From Bdellovibrionales bacterium (GTDB taxonomy: Bacteria; Pseudomonadota; Alphaproteobacteria; Micavibrionales; JBBKXB01): a stretch of 41,318 nt of DNA. Position 1 is the stretch's first letter. Each line of letters begins with the position of its first letter. A model generated the notes under the pieces. That model ran no database searches, was not told the DNA's origin, and worked only from the letters and a program-made list of their open reading frames with translations. The translations under genes were made by a program, and so were the position numbers. The stretch covers positions 1-41,318 of the forward strand of contig JBBKXB010000021.1 in the NCBI GenBank assembly GCA_037969255.1, read 5' to 3'. Below are positions 18,552 through 27,878 of this stretch, one piece after another.

Positions 18552-18923
18552 TATAGGAGCGGGGGCAGAAGAAGCAGTTGATATCCTCATAGTATTATGA
18601 TTTTTATCAATACTACCTAATGTTATTGGTGTTCCTAGTCCCGCAATGACAGCCATTAACGTTATTGCTTTATGAGTTCCAAATCTCGTATTAGCACCGG
18701 CACTTATTTGTTTATTGGGCATCCAATTACCTTGTTCGGTTCTATGAGCAATGACTGTTTTTGGAGATGAATTGTAAGCCCAAATCATACCAGAAAGACA
18801 AATTATAATTCCACCAGCCAAAGCTCCCATATTAGACCCATCCAGAAAAAGCCCTGCCAAGCCACTTAACGCGAAAGCACCGCTTCCAGTCGAAATTCTA
18901 TTTTTTGTTACTTGTTTCATCAT
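18537..18923 (-). CDS. Small membrane protein, dispersed family member
   Basis: AGAGGA RBS; MKQVTKNRIST and HKAITLMAVIAGLGTP motifs; overlaps the hemJ end by 15 nt. Confidence 0.75.
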   Translation of the reverse strand: MMKQVTKNRISTGSGAFALSGLAGLFLDGSNMGALAGGIIICLSGMIWAYNSSPKTVIAHRTEQGNWMPNKQISAGANTRFGTHKAITLMAVIAGLGTPITLGSIDKNHNTMRISTASSAPAPISKPF

Positions 18924-18941
18924 GATATCCTCTTTAATTTT

Positions 18942-19247
18942 TTAAGGCGTTAAAACACCAGCGCCTGTCATAACGGGCAATGCAAGGCCTGTTAATCCGC
19001 CCAATGTTACAGCCAGTGCATGTGAAGCTAGATTTTTAGACTCTCCACTTGAGCTTAACCCGACCGAGTTTTTTGCAAAAGCACCGCCGAACATTATTAA
19101 AACCATTCCAACCACCGCAGCACCTGTTCTTGCGGCACCTTCAAAAGCTATAGGCGTAATTAGAAGCGCAGCAATAGCTCCTATAGCCAGCCCTAGTGAC
19201 ATAGTATTAAAATGATTGCTGGTTCTTTTAATGATACTTTTATTCAT
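18942..19247 (-). CDS. Small membrane protein, dispersed family member
   Basis: AAGGGGG RBS before ATG 19247; three hydrophobic segments; HALAVTLGGLTGLALP motif. Confidence 0.75.
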   Translation of the reverse strand: MNKSIIKRTSNHFNTMSLGLAIGAIAALLITPIAFEGAARTGAAVVGMVLIMFGGAFAKNSVGLSSSGESKNLASHALAVTLGGLTGLALPVMTGAGVLTP

Positions 19248-19275
19248 GGTAGCCCCCTTGATCTTTGACACCAAT

Positions 19276-19304
19276 TTAATAACAACCTTATTTTAATATG
19301 TCAA
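19276..19304 (-). promoter_or_regulatory. Sigma70-type promoter of the 19247/18923 gene pair
   Basis: TTGACA-tattaaaataaggttgt(17)-TATTAA. Confidence 0.65.
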
Positions 19305-19319
19305 CGCCATTCTGCCCTC

Positions 19320-19348
19320 TTGACAGAGTATGCTAAAAAGCCCTAAAT
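19320..19348 (+). promoter_or_regulatory. Candidate rho promoter
   Basis: TTGACA-N17-CTAAAT, back-to-back with the minus-strand promoter. Confidence 0.5.
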
Positions 19349-19456
19349 GGCGTTATTCCCATCAATCCTGATCAGGATAACCCTCTCCCAGCCAGACCTT
19401 TTTATTCTTAAAAGATGGCTCAACACATCACAAAACCATAGTAAATTATCACCCTT

Positions 19457-20713
19457 ATGAATTTAAAAGACCTCAAAGCCCACAAACCTAACGAACTCAT
19501 TGAACTTGCTGAAGAGCTAGAGATTGAGAACATACCCTCCCTTCGTAAACAAGAATTGATGCTCGCCATCCTTAAGCAAATGGCCGATGACGGCGAAGTG
19601 TTGCATGGTGGCGGTGTGATCGAAGTCCTTCAAGACGGATTTGGATTTTTACGTTCTGCTGAGGAAAACTATCTTCCAGGGCCCGACGATATTTACATGG
19701 CACCCGCCCAAGTTAAGAAATTTGGCCTACGCACAGGCGACACAGTCGAGGGCGAGATCCGCGCTCCCAAAGACAATGAACGCTATTTCGCGATGCTTAA
19801 CATTGAAAGCATCAACCATGATGAGCCTGAAAAACTGCGCCATCGCATTAACTTTGATAATTTAACGCCGCTTTATCCCGATCGTAAGATCAAGCTTGAG
19901 CTAGACGATAAAACAAAAGACGACAACACACAGCGCGTGATTGAACTTGTGACACCGCTTGGTTTTGGTCAACGTGCATTGATTGTTGCCCCGCCACGCG
20001 TGGGTAAAACAGTGATGCTCCAAAACATCGCGCATTCAATCTCTGCCAATCATCCCGAAGCCTATTTGATGGTATTGCTTATCGATGAACGCCCCGAAGA
20101 AGTGACCGACATGGATCGCTCTGTGAAGGGTGAAGTGGTTAGCTCAACATTTGATGAACCCGCGACACGCCACGTACAAGTGGCCGAAATGGTGATCGAA
20201 AAAGCAAAACGTCTTGTCGAGGCCAAACGCGATGTCGTGATTTTGCTTGATAACATCACGCGTCTTGCGCGCGCTTATAACACTGTTGTGCCATCATCGG
20301 GTAAAGTGCTTACGGGTGGTGTGGATGCCAACGCTTTGCAACGTCCAAAACGTTTCTTTGGTGCGGCGCGTAATGTTGAACAAGGCGGATCGTTGACCAT
20401 TATTTCAACATCCTTAATTGATACAGGCTCTCGCATGGATGAAGTGATCTTTGAAGAGTTCAAAGGAACGGGTAATGCCGAGATCGTGCTTGATCGTAAA
20501 ATCGCTGATAAACGTGTGTTCCCAGCCATTGACGTTCAAAAATCAGGAACTCGTAAAGAAGAATTGCTTGTCGATAAAGCCACATTGCAAAAAATGTGGA
20601 TATTGCGCCGTATCTTGAACCCAATGGGGACTGTGGATGCGATGGAATTCTTGCTTGGAAAACTTAAAGACACCAAATGCAATAATGACTTCTTTAATGG
20701 GATGAACCAGTAA
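19457..20713 (+). CDS. rho: Transcription termination factor Rho
   Basis: [45 protein letters not shown]. Confidence 0.99.
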   Translation: MNLKDLKAHKPNELIELAEELEIENIPSLRKQELMLAILKQMADDGEVLHGGGVIEVLQDGFGFLRSAEENYLPGPDDIYMAPAQVKKFGLRTGDTVEGEIRAPKDNERYFAMLNIESINHDEPEKLRHRINFDNLTPLYPDRKIKLELDDKTKDDNTQRVIELVTPLGFGQRALIVAPPRVGKTVMLQNIAHSISANHPEAYLMVLLIDERPEEVTDMDRSVKGEVVSSTFDEPATRHVQVAEMVIEKAKRLVEAKRDVVILLDNITRLARAYNTVVPSSGKVLTGGVDANALQRPKRFFGAARNVEQGGSLTIISTSLIDTGSRMDEVIFEEFKGTGNAEIVLDRKIADKRVFPAIDVQKSGTRKEELLVDKATLQKMWILRRILNPMGTVDAMEFLLGKLKDTKCNNDFFNGMNQ

Positions 20714-20724
20714 AACTGATTGCT

Positions 20725-21051
20725 TTACAGCCCTAAAGTTTTAGCCGAGATGGTTAAATTTTCTGCTGGAGTGAGCTCAGGACTATGAAGCGTTGCCCCC
20801 GTAAGAGCCGCAGCAGTGGCTGCTGTAACAAAGGCAGTTTTAACAGCATCCAATTTGCGTCCAACAGCAAAAGTGCCTACAGCGCCAGCTAAATTCAATA
20901 CATATGATACAGCTTCGTGACCTGGACTTTCGATCCCGTCAGCCGCCATGTAAGACCTCATAACGAAACCTACTGCGCACATTATGCCAAAAGCAGTTCC
21001 TGCTAGACCGGCGCCTATAATTTTCCCTACATTTGATTGCGAATGATTCAT
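20725..21051 (-). CDS. Small Gly/Ala-rich membrane protein, probable dispersed family member
   Basis: AGGAG RBS before ATG 21051; three hydrophobic segments; family-type promoter. Confidence 0.72.
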   Translation of the reverse strand: MNHSQSNVGKIIGAGLAGTAFGIMCAVGFVMRSYMAADGIESPGHEAVSYVLNLAGAVGTFAVGRKLDAVKTAFVTAATAAALTGATLHSPELTPAENLTISAKTLGL

Positions 21052-21074
21052 AGCTATTCTCCTGATTAACAAAC

Positions 21075-21102
21075 AGTATACATTATTTTAACATTATGTC
21101 AA
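21075..21102 (-). promoter_or_regulatory. Sigma70-type promoter overlapping the last codons of the upstream gene
   Basis: TTGACA-taatgttaaaataatg(16)-TATACT; TTG ACA TAA is Leu-Thr-stop of the 21094 gene. Confidence 0.65.
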
Positions 21103-22557
21103 TAAATTATATCCATATACTGATCCTGCAATTACAATCATCACCGCAATTTCCCATCCCAAGCGTGGACGCGGTGTGTAGGTGAATTTATGGGATCGTG
21201 CGAACTGCATTTTACCAAAGATTATAATGCCGTGGAACACGATGATGCCTAAGATTGCGCCCACTAATGCCCCAATGATACCGCCGATAAACCATGATAA
21301 TCCCAGCGTCACGATGACACTGAGCGCCCATGCGAGGATGCGTTCTTTTCTGGTTTGTGCGATGATTTTGGAACGCGCTTTGGTTAATACTTCTTTGCGT
21401 GTACGCTCTGATAAACCAATTGGATATTTTTTGGCGACGATATAATTGGCCTTTTTAATCCCGTAATGGAGCACGTTTTCAAGCGCTTCATTGTATAAAC
21501 GTTTTGCATTATCGCTATATTTATCAAGGAATGTTGGGCAATGATTGATGCGCCCTTTGCGCCCCGCGGCTGTGACATCAAACGCCGCTTTGTCTTTGAC
21601 TTTGACGATGGTTTCGCACCATGGAATATCGCTCTCAATGCGGTAATAGAGGCTATTTGGATTGCCCTTAATCGTGCGTCTTGTTTCGTCCTCGGACGTG
21701 TCAGGTGGACTGGTCATGGGTTTGCCTATGACACTCATGGGTAAGTGTCCTTTTTTGGCCAAAACGCCAATGGCCGCAACGCCCAATAAATGGGATACGG
21801 CTCTGGGGGGTTCCGCGCTCATACGATGTGCCTGTACGCGCCATGCGAATGATAGACCCATCACATATTCTTTTTCACCCGATCCACCACACTCACGGCA
21901 ATGGCTGTGTCCCGTGCCATTACAAGGCTGACAACTTGTGACGCCATGTCCATCACACCGCAGACAACGCGTACGTCCATCGCCACCGCACCACGTACAC
22001 AAGGGGTCACTTAGATTGCCTTCGCCGCTGTGTCCCTTACCGCGACATTGTCCGCACCACTCTGTGCGCTCGCCTCGACATTGCGGACATACAGATTGCC
22101 CTTTGCCATGACATACAGGGCACCCGCCTTTGCCTTTGCCACTGCACGCATTGCATGGATCCTTATAGCCAAAATTGTAATGAAGCCCCGTGATGGGATA
22201 AATAGGTCTATCACCCTCTAGCCCCATGGCAGAGCGCTTTAATATTGTGCCTTCAATCACCGCCATGGCCTCAGGGCTTGTCATCAATCCTTCGGCTGCA
22301 CGTTCAATTTCCTCGGTCATTTCGGCTTTCGAGCCATAAATATGCGTTTTTTGATCTTTGGATTTCGTTGGTTTATCGTCTTGGTCAATGATTAAGCTCA
22401 GCTCAAGCAGGCTTTCGAGCTTAAATTTACCCGTTTCTTCACATACGAATTCAATGTCTTGCTTGGTGATCCCGTTGCCTTTGCTGACATAGGCAATCCC
22501 GCTCATAATTTTACGAGCTAGCGGTGATGCATTTTTGGGATAAGTATTTTCCATCAC
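21094..22557 (-). CDS. DnaJ-type zinc-finger (8x CxxCxGxG) membrane protein lacking a J-domain
   Basis: Eight CxxCxG motifs, no HPD motif, three C-terminal hydrophobic segments. Confidence 0.8.
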   Translation of the reverse strand: MMENTYPKNASPLARKIMSGIAYVSKGNGITKQDIEFVCEETGKFKLESLLELSLIIDQDDKPTKSKDQKTHIYGSKAEMTEEIERAAEGLMTSPEAMAVIEGTILKRSAMGLEGDRPIYPITGLHYNFGYKDPCNACSGKGKGGCPVCHGKGQSVCPQCRGERTEWCGQCRGKGHSGEGNLSDPLCTWCGGDGRTRCLRCDGHGVTSCQPCNGTGHSHCRECGGSGEKEYVMGLSFAWRVQAHRMSAEPPRAVSHLLGVAAIGVLAKKGHLPMSVIGKPMTSPPDTSEDETRRTIKGNPNSLYYRIESDIPWCETIVKVKDKAAFDVTAAGRKGRINHCPTFLDKYSDNAKRLYNEALENVLHYGIKKANYIVAKKYPIGLSERTRKEVLTKARSKIIAQTRKERILAWALSVIVTLGLSWFIGGIIGALVGAILGIIVFHGIIIFGKMQFARSHKFTYTPRPRLGWEIAVMIVIAGSVYGYNLLT

Positions 22558-22688
22558 TTAGGGCTTAATGCGTTTCATTCTTGCAATATGTCATTAAAAA
22601 ATATATACCTTTCAATATATTAAGATTATTATTTAATCTATAGACGCCTATTTTGTCAAAACAAGTCAACACGTACGAGGATAAAGTC

Positions 22689-22901
22689 ATGAAAGTCACG
22701 ATTAATATAGATTGTACGCCCGAAGAAGCTCGTTCTTTTATGGGTTTGCCAGATGTTACCGCCATAAATGAAGCGATGGTAAAAAAAATGACAGAACAAA
22801 TGAGTGAGATGAGTCCTGATAAAATGATGGCACTTTGGGGTGATCAGATGTCAAAAATGACCAATATGTGGACCAATCAGTCTAATAAGGGTAACAAGTA
22901 A
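22689..22901 (+). CDS. DUF6489-like small protein
   Basis: MKVTINIDCTPEEARSFMGLPDV signature; GAGGA RBS. Confidence 0.8.
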   Translation: MKVTINIDCTPEEARSFMGLPDVTAINEAMVKKMTEQMSEMSPDKMMALWGDQMSKMTNMWTNQSNKGNK

Positions 22902-22902
22902 T

Positions 22903-24198
22903 TTGGATACGATTTATGCCATAGCCTCTGGCGCTGCGCCTGCTGGCATCGCAATTGTCCGCGTGTCTGGGCCTCTTGCACTGGATAGTTTGCGCAATCT
23001 AACGGACGGCGAACCGCTTCCGCAACCGCGCAGTGCCACATTGTTTCACGTGAAACATCCCAAAACGAACAAACATATTGATAGCGCCATAGCGCTCACG
23101 TTCCCGCAACCCAACTCGTATACGGGCGAAGACGTGGTGGAATACCATGTACATGGCGGTAAAGCCATCATTGATAGCTTGCTCAATGCGTTGTCCAGCC
23201 AAGATCGCCATCGCCCAGCCGAAGCAGGGGAATTCACAAAACGCGCGGTGCTTAACGGCCGTATGGATCTCACGCAAGCCGAGGCCGTGCATGATCTTAT
23301 TATGGCTGAAACTGAGGCTCAACGTGATCAAGCGCTGGCGCAACACCATGGCGCGTTGGCACGTTTATACGATGGATGGCGTACCGAGCTCACACGTTCG
23401 CTTGCTTATATCGAGGCATATCTGGACTTTCCCGATGAAGCGTTGCCCGAAGACTTGCTTGAAACTGTAAAACCATCAATTGAAGATATTTTATCGGGGC
23501 TAGAGGCGCATTTGAGCGATCCTAATTTAGGGGAACGCCTTCGTGAAGGCTTCCGCGTGGTGATAGCGGGTGCACCTAATGCAGGAAAGTCGACGCTGTT
23601 AAACGCCCTCACAAAACGCGAAGTGGCGATTGTGTCTTCTAAAGCGGGCACGACGCGTGATATTTTGGAAGTTCCGCTTAATTTGGGCGGTTTTCCCGTA
23701 CTTTTGACCGACACCGCGGGTATTCACGATCAATCGGATGATGATATCGAAATTGAAGGCATTCGCCGCGCCAAAGCCAAACTACAAGAGGCGGATATTC
23801 GCATACTCTTACTTGATCCGACGCAGGCCGTATCTGCGCAAATCGAGGATGCCGACATCACCGCGTGGACAAAAGCCGATATTGAAAAATCTCCCCCAGG
23901 GGCGCTCCCAATATCGGCTGAAACGGGTCAAGGATTGCCAGAGTTAATCAATGAAATTGTTGCGCAATTAAAGACACGTACCAATAAACGTCAAGGTCTT
24001 GGGCCTACACGGGCGCGCCATCGCCGCGCTCTCGAACAAGCATTGTTTCACGTGAAACAATCGCTTAACGCGCAATTGCCTGAGTTACTGGCCGAAGACA
24101 TCCGTCTGGCCTCGCGTGCTTTGGGCGAAATCACAGGGCGCGTTCACGTTGAGGACTTGCTTGATGTAATTTTCCGTGACTTTTGCATCGGCAAATAA
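22903..24198 (+). CDS. mnmE: tRNA modification GTPase MnmE
   Basis: DTIYAIASG, SYTGEDVVE..HGG, GAPNAGKSTL, GTTRD, DTAG, FCIGK. Confidence 0.98.
   Translation: MDTIYAIASGAAPAGIAIVRVSGPLALDSLRNLTDGEPLPQPRSATLFHVKHPKTNKHIDSAIALTFPQPNSYTGEDVVEYHVHGGKAIIDSLLNALSSQDRHRPAEAGEFTKRAVLNGRMDLTQAEAVHDLIMAETEAQRDQALAQHHGALARLYDGWRTELTRSLAYIEAYLDFPDEALPEDLLETVKPSIEDILSGLEAHLSDPNLGERLREGFRVVIAGAPNAGKSTLLNALTKREVAIVSSKAGTTRDILEVPLNLGGFPVLLTDTAGIHDQSDDDIEIEGIRRAKAKLQEADIRILLLDPTQAVSAQIEDADITAWTKADIEKSPPGALPISAETGQGLPELINEIVAQLKTRTNKRQGLGPTRARHRRALEQALFHVKQSLNAQLPELLAEDIRLASRALGEITGRVHVEDLLDVIFRDFCIGK
23042..23057. promoter_or_regulatory. parS site 1 (inside mnmE)
   Basis: Perfect TGTTTCACGTGAAACA. Confidence 0.92.
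24044..24059. promoter_or_regulatory. parS site 2 (inside mnmE)
   Basis: Perfect TGTTTCACGTGAAACA. Confidence 0.92.
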
Positions 24199-24200
24199 TT

Positions 24201-24557
24201 TTATTTAATATTAAGCGCCATAGTTGCTATAGCTATGGCTGTTGCGGGCCCACCAATGAGCATACTAGTTTTTACACTAGCTTCAGAATATCCACCTAAG
24301 TTTGAGATGGCCATATTGCGGCTGCCTTTAGCAAGCGCTCCTGAAATAACTGCAATTATGCCTAACGCAATTGTTCCATTATTTATTCCAGATTCCGCCG
24401 CTTTAAATACAGTGGCTCCAGAGTGGAAAAGGCAAACGCCCAGAAACAGGCTTGCTAAAAATTGTTGTGCATGACCAAAGAATCGCGGTGCTTGAGTAAC
24501 AATATCATCAAACTCTTTATCAATATTTCTTGGGGTACGAGTATCAAATTCAACCAT
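24201..24557 (-). CDS. Small membrane protein between mnmE and mnmG, probable dispersed family member
   Basis: AAGGA RBS; TTGATA-N17-CATAAT promoter at 24611-24639; three hydrophobic segments; SMLIGGPATAIAIAT resembles SYLIGAAATIMAIST of the 15935 gene. Confidence 0.72.
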   Translation of the reverse strand: MVEFDTRTPRNIDKEFDDIVTQAPRFFGHAQQFLASLFLGVCLFHSGATVFKAAESGINNGTIALGIIAVISGALAKGSRNMAISNLGGYSEASVKTSMLIGGPATAIAIATMALNIK

Positions 24558-24662
24558 TTTCTGTCCTTAAATCCTTATTGTTTGGTTAGATAATATTGCG
24601 GAGATAAGAGATTATGAAGAAATTAGTGACTTTTATCAATGATAAAGGTATATGATCTTATT

Positions 24663-26504
24663 ATGAAACAATTTGATGTTATTGTGATCGGTGGAGGACA
24701 TGCGGGCTGCGAAGCCGCCGCGGCCAGTGCACGTATGGGCGCTAACACGGCGCTTGTGACGCATCGCCTTGATACAATCGGTGTCATGTCATGTAATCCA
24801 GCCATTGGGGGACTTGGCAAAGGCCACTTAGTGCGTGAAATTGACGCGCTTGATGGGATCATGGGACGTGTGATCGATCAAAGTGGTATTCAATATCGCA
24901 TGTTAAATGCTAGTAAAGGTCCTGCCGTACGCGGACCTCGCGCACAAGCGGATCGCAAGCTTTACAAAAAAGCGATGCAAGACACGCTCAATAACTATGC
25001 TAATCTCTCCATCATTGAGGCTTCGGTTGATGATCTCATCATTGAAAACAGTCGCATAGCGGGCATTGTTTGCGAAGATGGACAATCCATATCATCCAAA
25101 GCGGTGGTTTTAACCACGGGCACGTTTTTAAGAGGTATAATCCACCGCGGGATGGAGCAAACGCCCGCAGGTCGTATGGGCGATAAACCCGCCATAAAAC
25201 TTGCTGAAACCATTGAAAAACTTGGTCTACCAATGGGGCGTCTTAAAACGGGCACTCCGCCACGCCTTAATGGTAAAACGATTGATTGGTCGCAATGCGA
25301 GGCGCAATCTGCGGACGATGTGCCTGTGCCCTTCTCGTTCATGAATGATCGTATTGATATTCCGCAAATCGATTGCCACATCACATACACGACGTTAAAA
25401 ACACACGATATTATTCGCGAGAACTTGAATAAATCCGCCATGTATAGCGGTAATATTGAAGGCGTTGGCCCTCGTTATTGTCCGTCCATTGAGGATAAAG
25501 TTGTTCGTTTCGCCGATAAAGATCGCCATCAAATATTTCTCGAACCAGAAGGTTTAGACGATGACACTGTCTATCCTAACGGCATCTCAACATCACTGCC
25601 AATTGACGTCCAAGACGAGTTTTTACGCTCTATCAGAGGCTTAGAAAATGTTGAAGTGTTTGAATATGCGTACGCCATAGAATATGATTTCGTTGACCCA
25701 AGAAGCCTTAAAAATACACTGGAAAACAAGGCTCTGAGCGGTTTATACCTCGCAGGTCAAATTAATGGCACAACGGGATACGAAGAAGCCGCCGCGCAAG
25801 GCCTTATGGCTGGTTTCAATGCGGCGCGCGCGTCCATGAACAAAGAACCAGTCATTCTTGATCGCGCTGATGCGTATATTGGCGTGATGATTGATGATCT
25901 GATCACACAAGGCGCACCAGAGCCCTATCGAATGTTTACCTCACGCGCTGAATATCGACTACGTCTTCGCGCAGATAATGCCGACCAACGCCTTACAGAT
26001 ATTGGTCTTGCGTGGGGCTGTGTGAATGAAACGCGTAAAGAATTATGGCTTAATAAGAAGGCTAAACTTGAGGCCTGCGCCACGATTTTGACCAATCTTG
26101 AGGCAACGCCGAATGAGCTTGAAAAGCAAGGCATTAAAGTCAAACTTGATGGACAACGTCGCAACGCTTATGAGCTATCACGTCAATTTAATTGGGATGT
26201 TTTGGCCACCATATGGCCAAAAATCAATGATTTTGATGGTGATATTCTTGAACAAATACAAATAGATGCACAATATGAATCCTATTTGGTGCGCCAGAAT
26301 GCTGACATAGCCGCCTACCGCAAAGATGAAGAATTATTACTCCCAGGCAACCTTAATTATAAAGATATTGGTTCTTTGTCTAACGAGGTGCTTGTTAAAC
26401 TTGATACCGCAAAGCCAGCCACGCTTGGCGCGGCAGCGCGTATTCCTGGCGTCACCCCTGCGGCGCTTGTGGCGTTAATGCGATATGTCCGAAAAAGCGC
26501 TTGA
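24663..26504 (+). CDS. mnmG: tRNA uridine 5-carboxymethylaminomethyl modification enzyme MnmG (GidA)
   Basis: [49 protein letters not shown]. Confidence 0.99.
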   Translation: MKQFDVIVIGGGHAGCEAAAASARMGANTALVTHRLDTIGVMSCNPAIGGLGKGHLVREIDALDGIMGRVIDQSGIQYRMLNASKGPAVRGPRAQADRKLYKKAMQDTLNNYANLSIIEASVDDLIIENSRIAGIVCEDGQSISSKAVVLTTGTFLRGIIHRGMEQTPAGRMGDKPAIKLAETIEKLGLPMGRLKTGTPPRLNGKTIDWSQCEAQSADDVPVPFSFMNDRIDIPQIDCHITYTTLKTHDIIRENLNKSAMYSGNIEGVGPRYCPSIEDKVVRFADKDRHQIFLEPEGLDDDTVYPNGISTSLPIDVQDEFLRSIRGLENVEVFEYAYAIEYDFVDPRSLKNTLENKALSGLYLAGQINGTTGYEEAAAQGLMAGFNAARASMNKEPVILDRADAYIGVMIDDLITQGAPEPYRMFTSRAEYRLRLRADNADQRLTDIGLAWGCVNETRKELWLNKKAKLEACATILTNLEATPNELEKQGIKVKLDGQRRNAYELSRQFNWDVLATIWPKINDFDGDILEQIQIDAQYESYLVRQNADIAAYRKDEELLLPGNLNYKDIGSLSNEVLVKLDTAKPATLGAAARIPGVTPAALVALMRYVRKSA

Positions 26505-27054
26505 TCTTTATAAATCTGAGTTGGTCCGCTGGAATAAGGCGATCAATCTTGTGAGTCCCAAAACAATTGCAGACATTGACGTGCGTCACATTAAGGATTC
26601 GCTTCAATTGGCCCAATACATCCCTCAAAACAAAATTGTTATGGATTGGGGTAGTGGCGGCGGATTGCCAGCCTTGGTCATCGCGATTATGCGATCAGAC
26701 CTTTTGGTACATATGTGTGAAAGTGACAGTAAAAAATCGGAATTCTTAAGACATGTTTCACGTGAAACATCCATTGAAACGCACGTCCATAATTGCCGTA
26801 TAGAAACGCTTGATCCATCAGAGGGTAAACCTGATATCATTACCGCCCGCGCCCTTGCCCCACTGGATCAATTGCTGTCTTGGATGACGCCATTTGCTAA
26901 ATCGAATAATAGTCTTGAAGGTTTATTCCTCAAGGGTGAGCATTGGCAAAATGAGCTCACAGACGCACAATCGAGCCATCAGTTCGACTATGATGTTTAT
27001 CCCAGCGAAACGGATAAAAAGGCGAGGATAATTCATATCAAAAACTTGACTTAA
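26485..27054 (+). CDS. rsmG: 16S rRNA m7G527 methyltransferase RsmG (GidB)
   Basis: [36 protein letters not shown]. Confidence 0.96.
   Translation: MSEKALDLYKSELVRWNKAINLVSPKTIADIDVRHIKDSLQLAQYIPQNKIVMDWGSGGGLPALVIAIMRSDLLVHMCESDSKKSEFLRHVSRETSIETHVHNCRIETLDPSEGKPDIITARALAPLDQLLSWMTPFAKSNNSLEGLFLKGEHWQNELTDAQSSHQFDYDVYPSETDKKARIIHIKNLT
26754..26769. promoter_or_regulatory. parS site 3 (inside rsmG)
   Basis: Perfect TGTTTCACGTGAAACA, read as HVSRET. Confidence 0.92.
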
Positions 27055-27080
27055 ACCGTTGATATGGCGCAGATTGAATT

Positions 27081-27878
27081 ATGACTAGAATTCTGGCAGT
27101 GGCCAATCAAAAAGGCGGTGTGGGTAAAACCACAACATCAGTTAATCTCGCAACAGCGTTGTGCGCTGTGGGGTGCAACGTTTTACTCATTGACTTGGAC
27201 TCGCAAGGTAACGCCTCAACGGGTCTTGGAATGGGTCAAGAACAACGTCAAAAAAGCAGTTACGATCTCTTTTTTGATCGCAGCATTAATGTGACCGATT
27301 GGGCGCAAGATACCAAAGTGCCCAAGCTTTCCATGATCCCTGGATCAACCGATTTAGCAGGCGCTGAATTAGAGTTGGTTGGTGAAGAAAACCGTGAATT
27401 TCGCCTCAAAGAAATGCTTCAAAAATCCAAAGATAATTATGATTATATTATCCTTGATTGCCCTCCATCTCTTTCGCTCATAACGCTTAATGGATTGGTT
27501 GCCGCGCATGCGGTGCTTATTCCCTTGCAGGCTGAATTTTATGCGCTCGAAGGTCTGTCGCATTTAACAAAGACGATTGATCGCGTGAAAAAAACACTTA
27601 ACCCTCAATTGGATATTCAAGGACTTGTGCTCACAATGGTCGATAATCGTAACCGTTTGTCAGAGCAGGTTGAAGCCGATGTTCGAAAGCATTTCGGTGA
27701 TCTTGTTTACAAGACAATTATTCCGCGCAATGTACGGATGAGTGAAGCGCCATCTCATGGTTTACCCGCGCTCGTGTATGATCTCCATTGCAAGGGATCA
27801 CAAGCTTATTTATCGCTCGCGAGAGAGCTTATCAAGCGTGAACGCAAGCTCCGCGATAATGAGAGCTTGGTGGCTTAA
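27081..27878 (+). CDS. parA: Chromosome partitioning ATPase ParA
   Basis: ANQKGGVGKTT, DCPPSL, IPRNVRMSEAPSHG. Confidence 0.97.
   Translation: MTRILAVANQKGGVGKTTTSVNLATALCAVGCNVLLIDLDSQGNASTGLGMGQEQRQKSSYDLFFDRSINVTDWAQDTKVPKLSMIPGSTDLAGAELELVGEENREFRLKEMLQKSKDNYDYIILDCPPSLSLITLNGLVAAHAVLIPLQAEFYALEGLSHLTKTIDRVKKTLNPQLDIQGLVLTMVDNRNRLSEQVEADVRKHFGDLVYKTIIPRNVRMSEAPSHGLPALVYDLHCKGSQAYLSLARELIKRERKLRDNESLVA

Noticed and set aside
15935-24557. Integron cassettes or IS-mediated insertion as the origin of the small genes
   Set aside because: No attC-like sites, integrase, transposase or target-site duplications seen; the genes abut neighbouring stops with little or no spacer and carry their own promoters.
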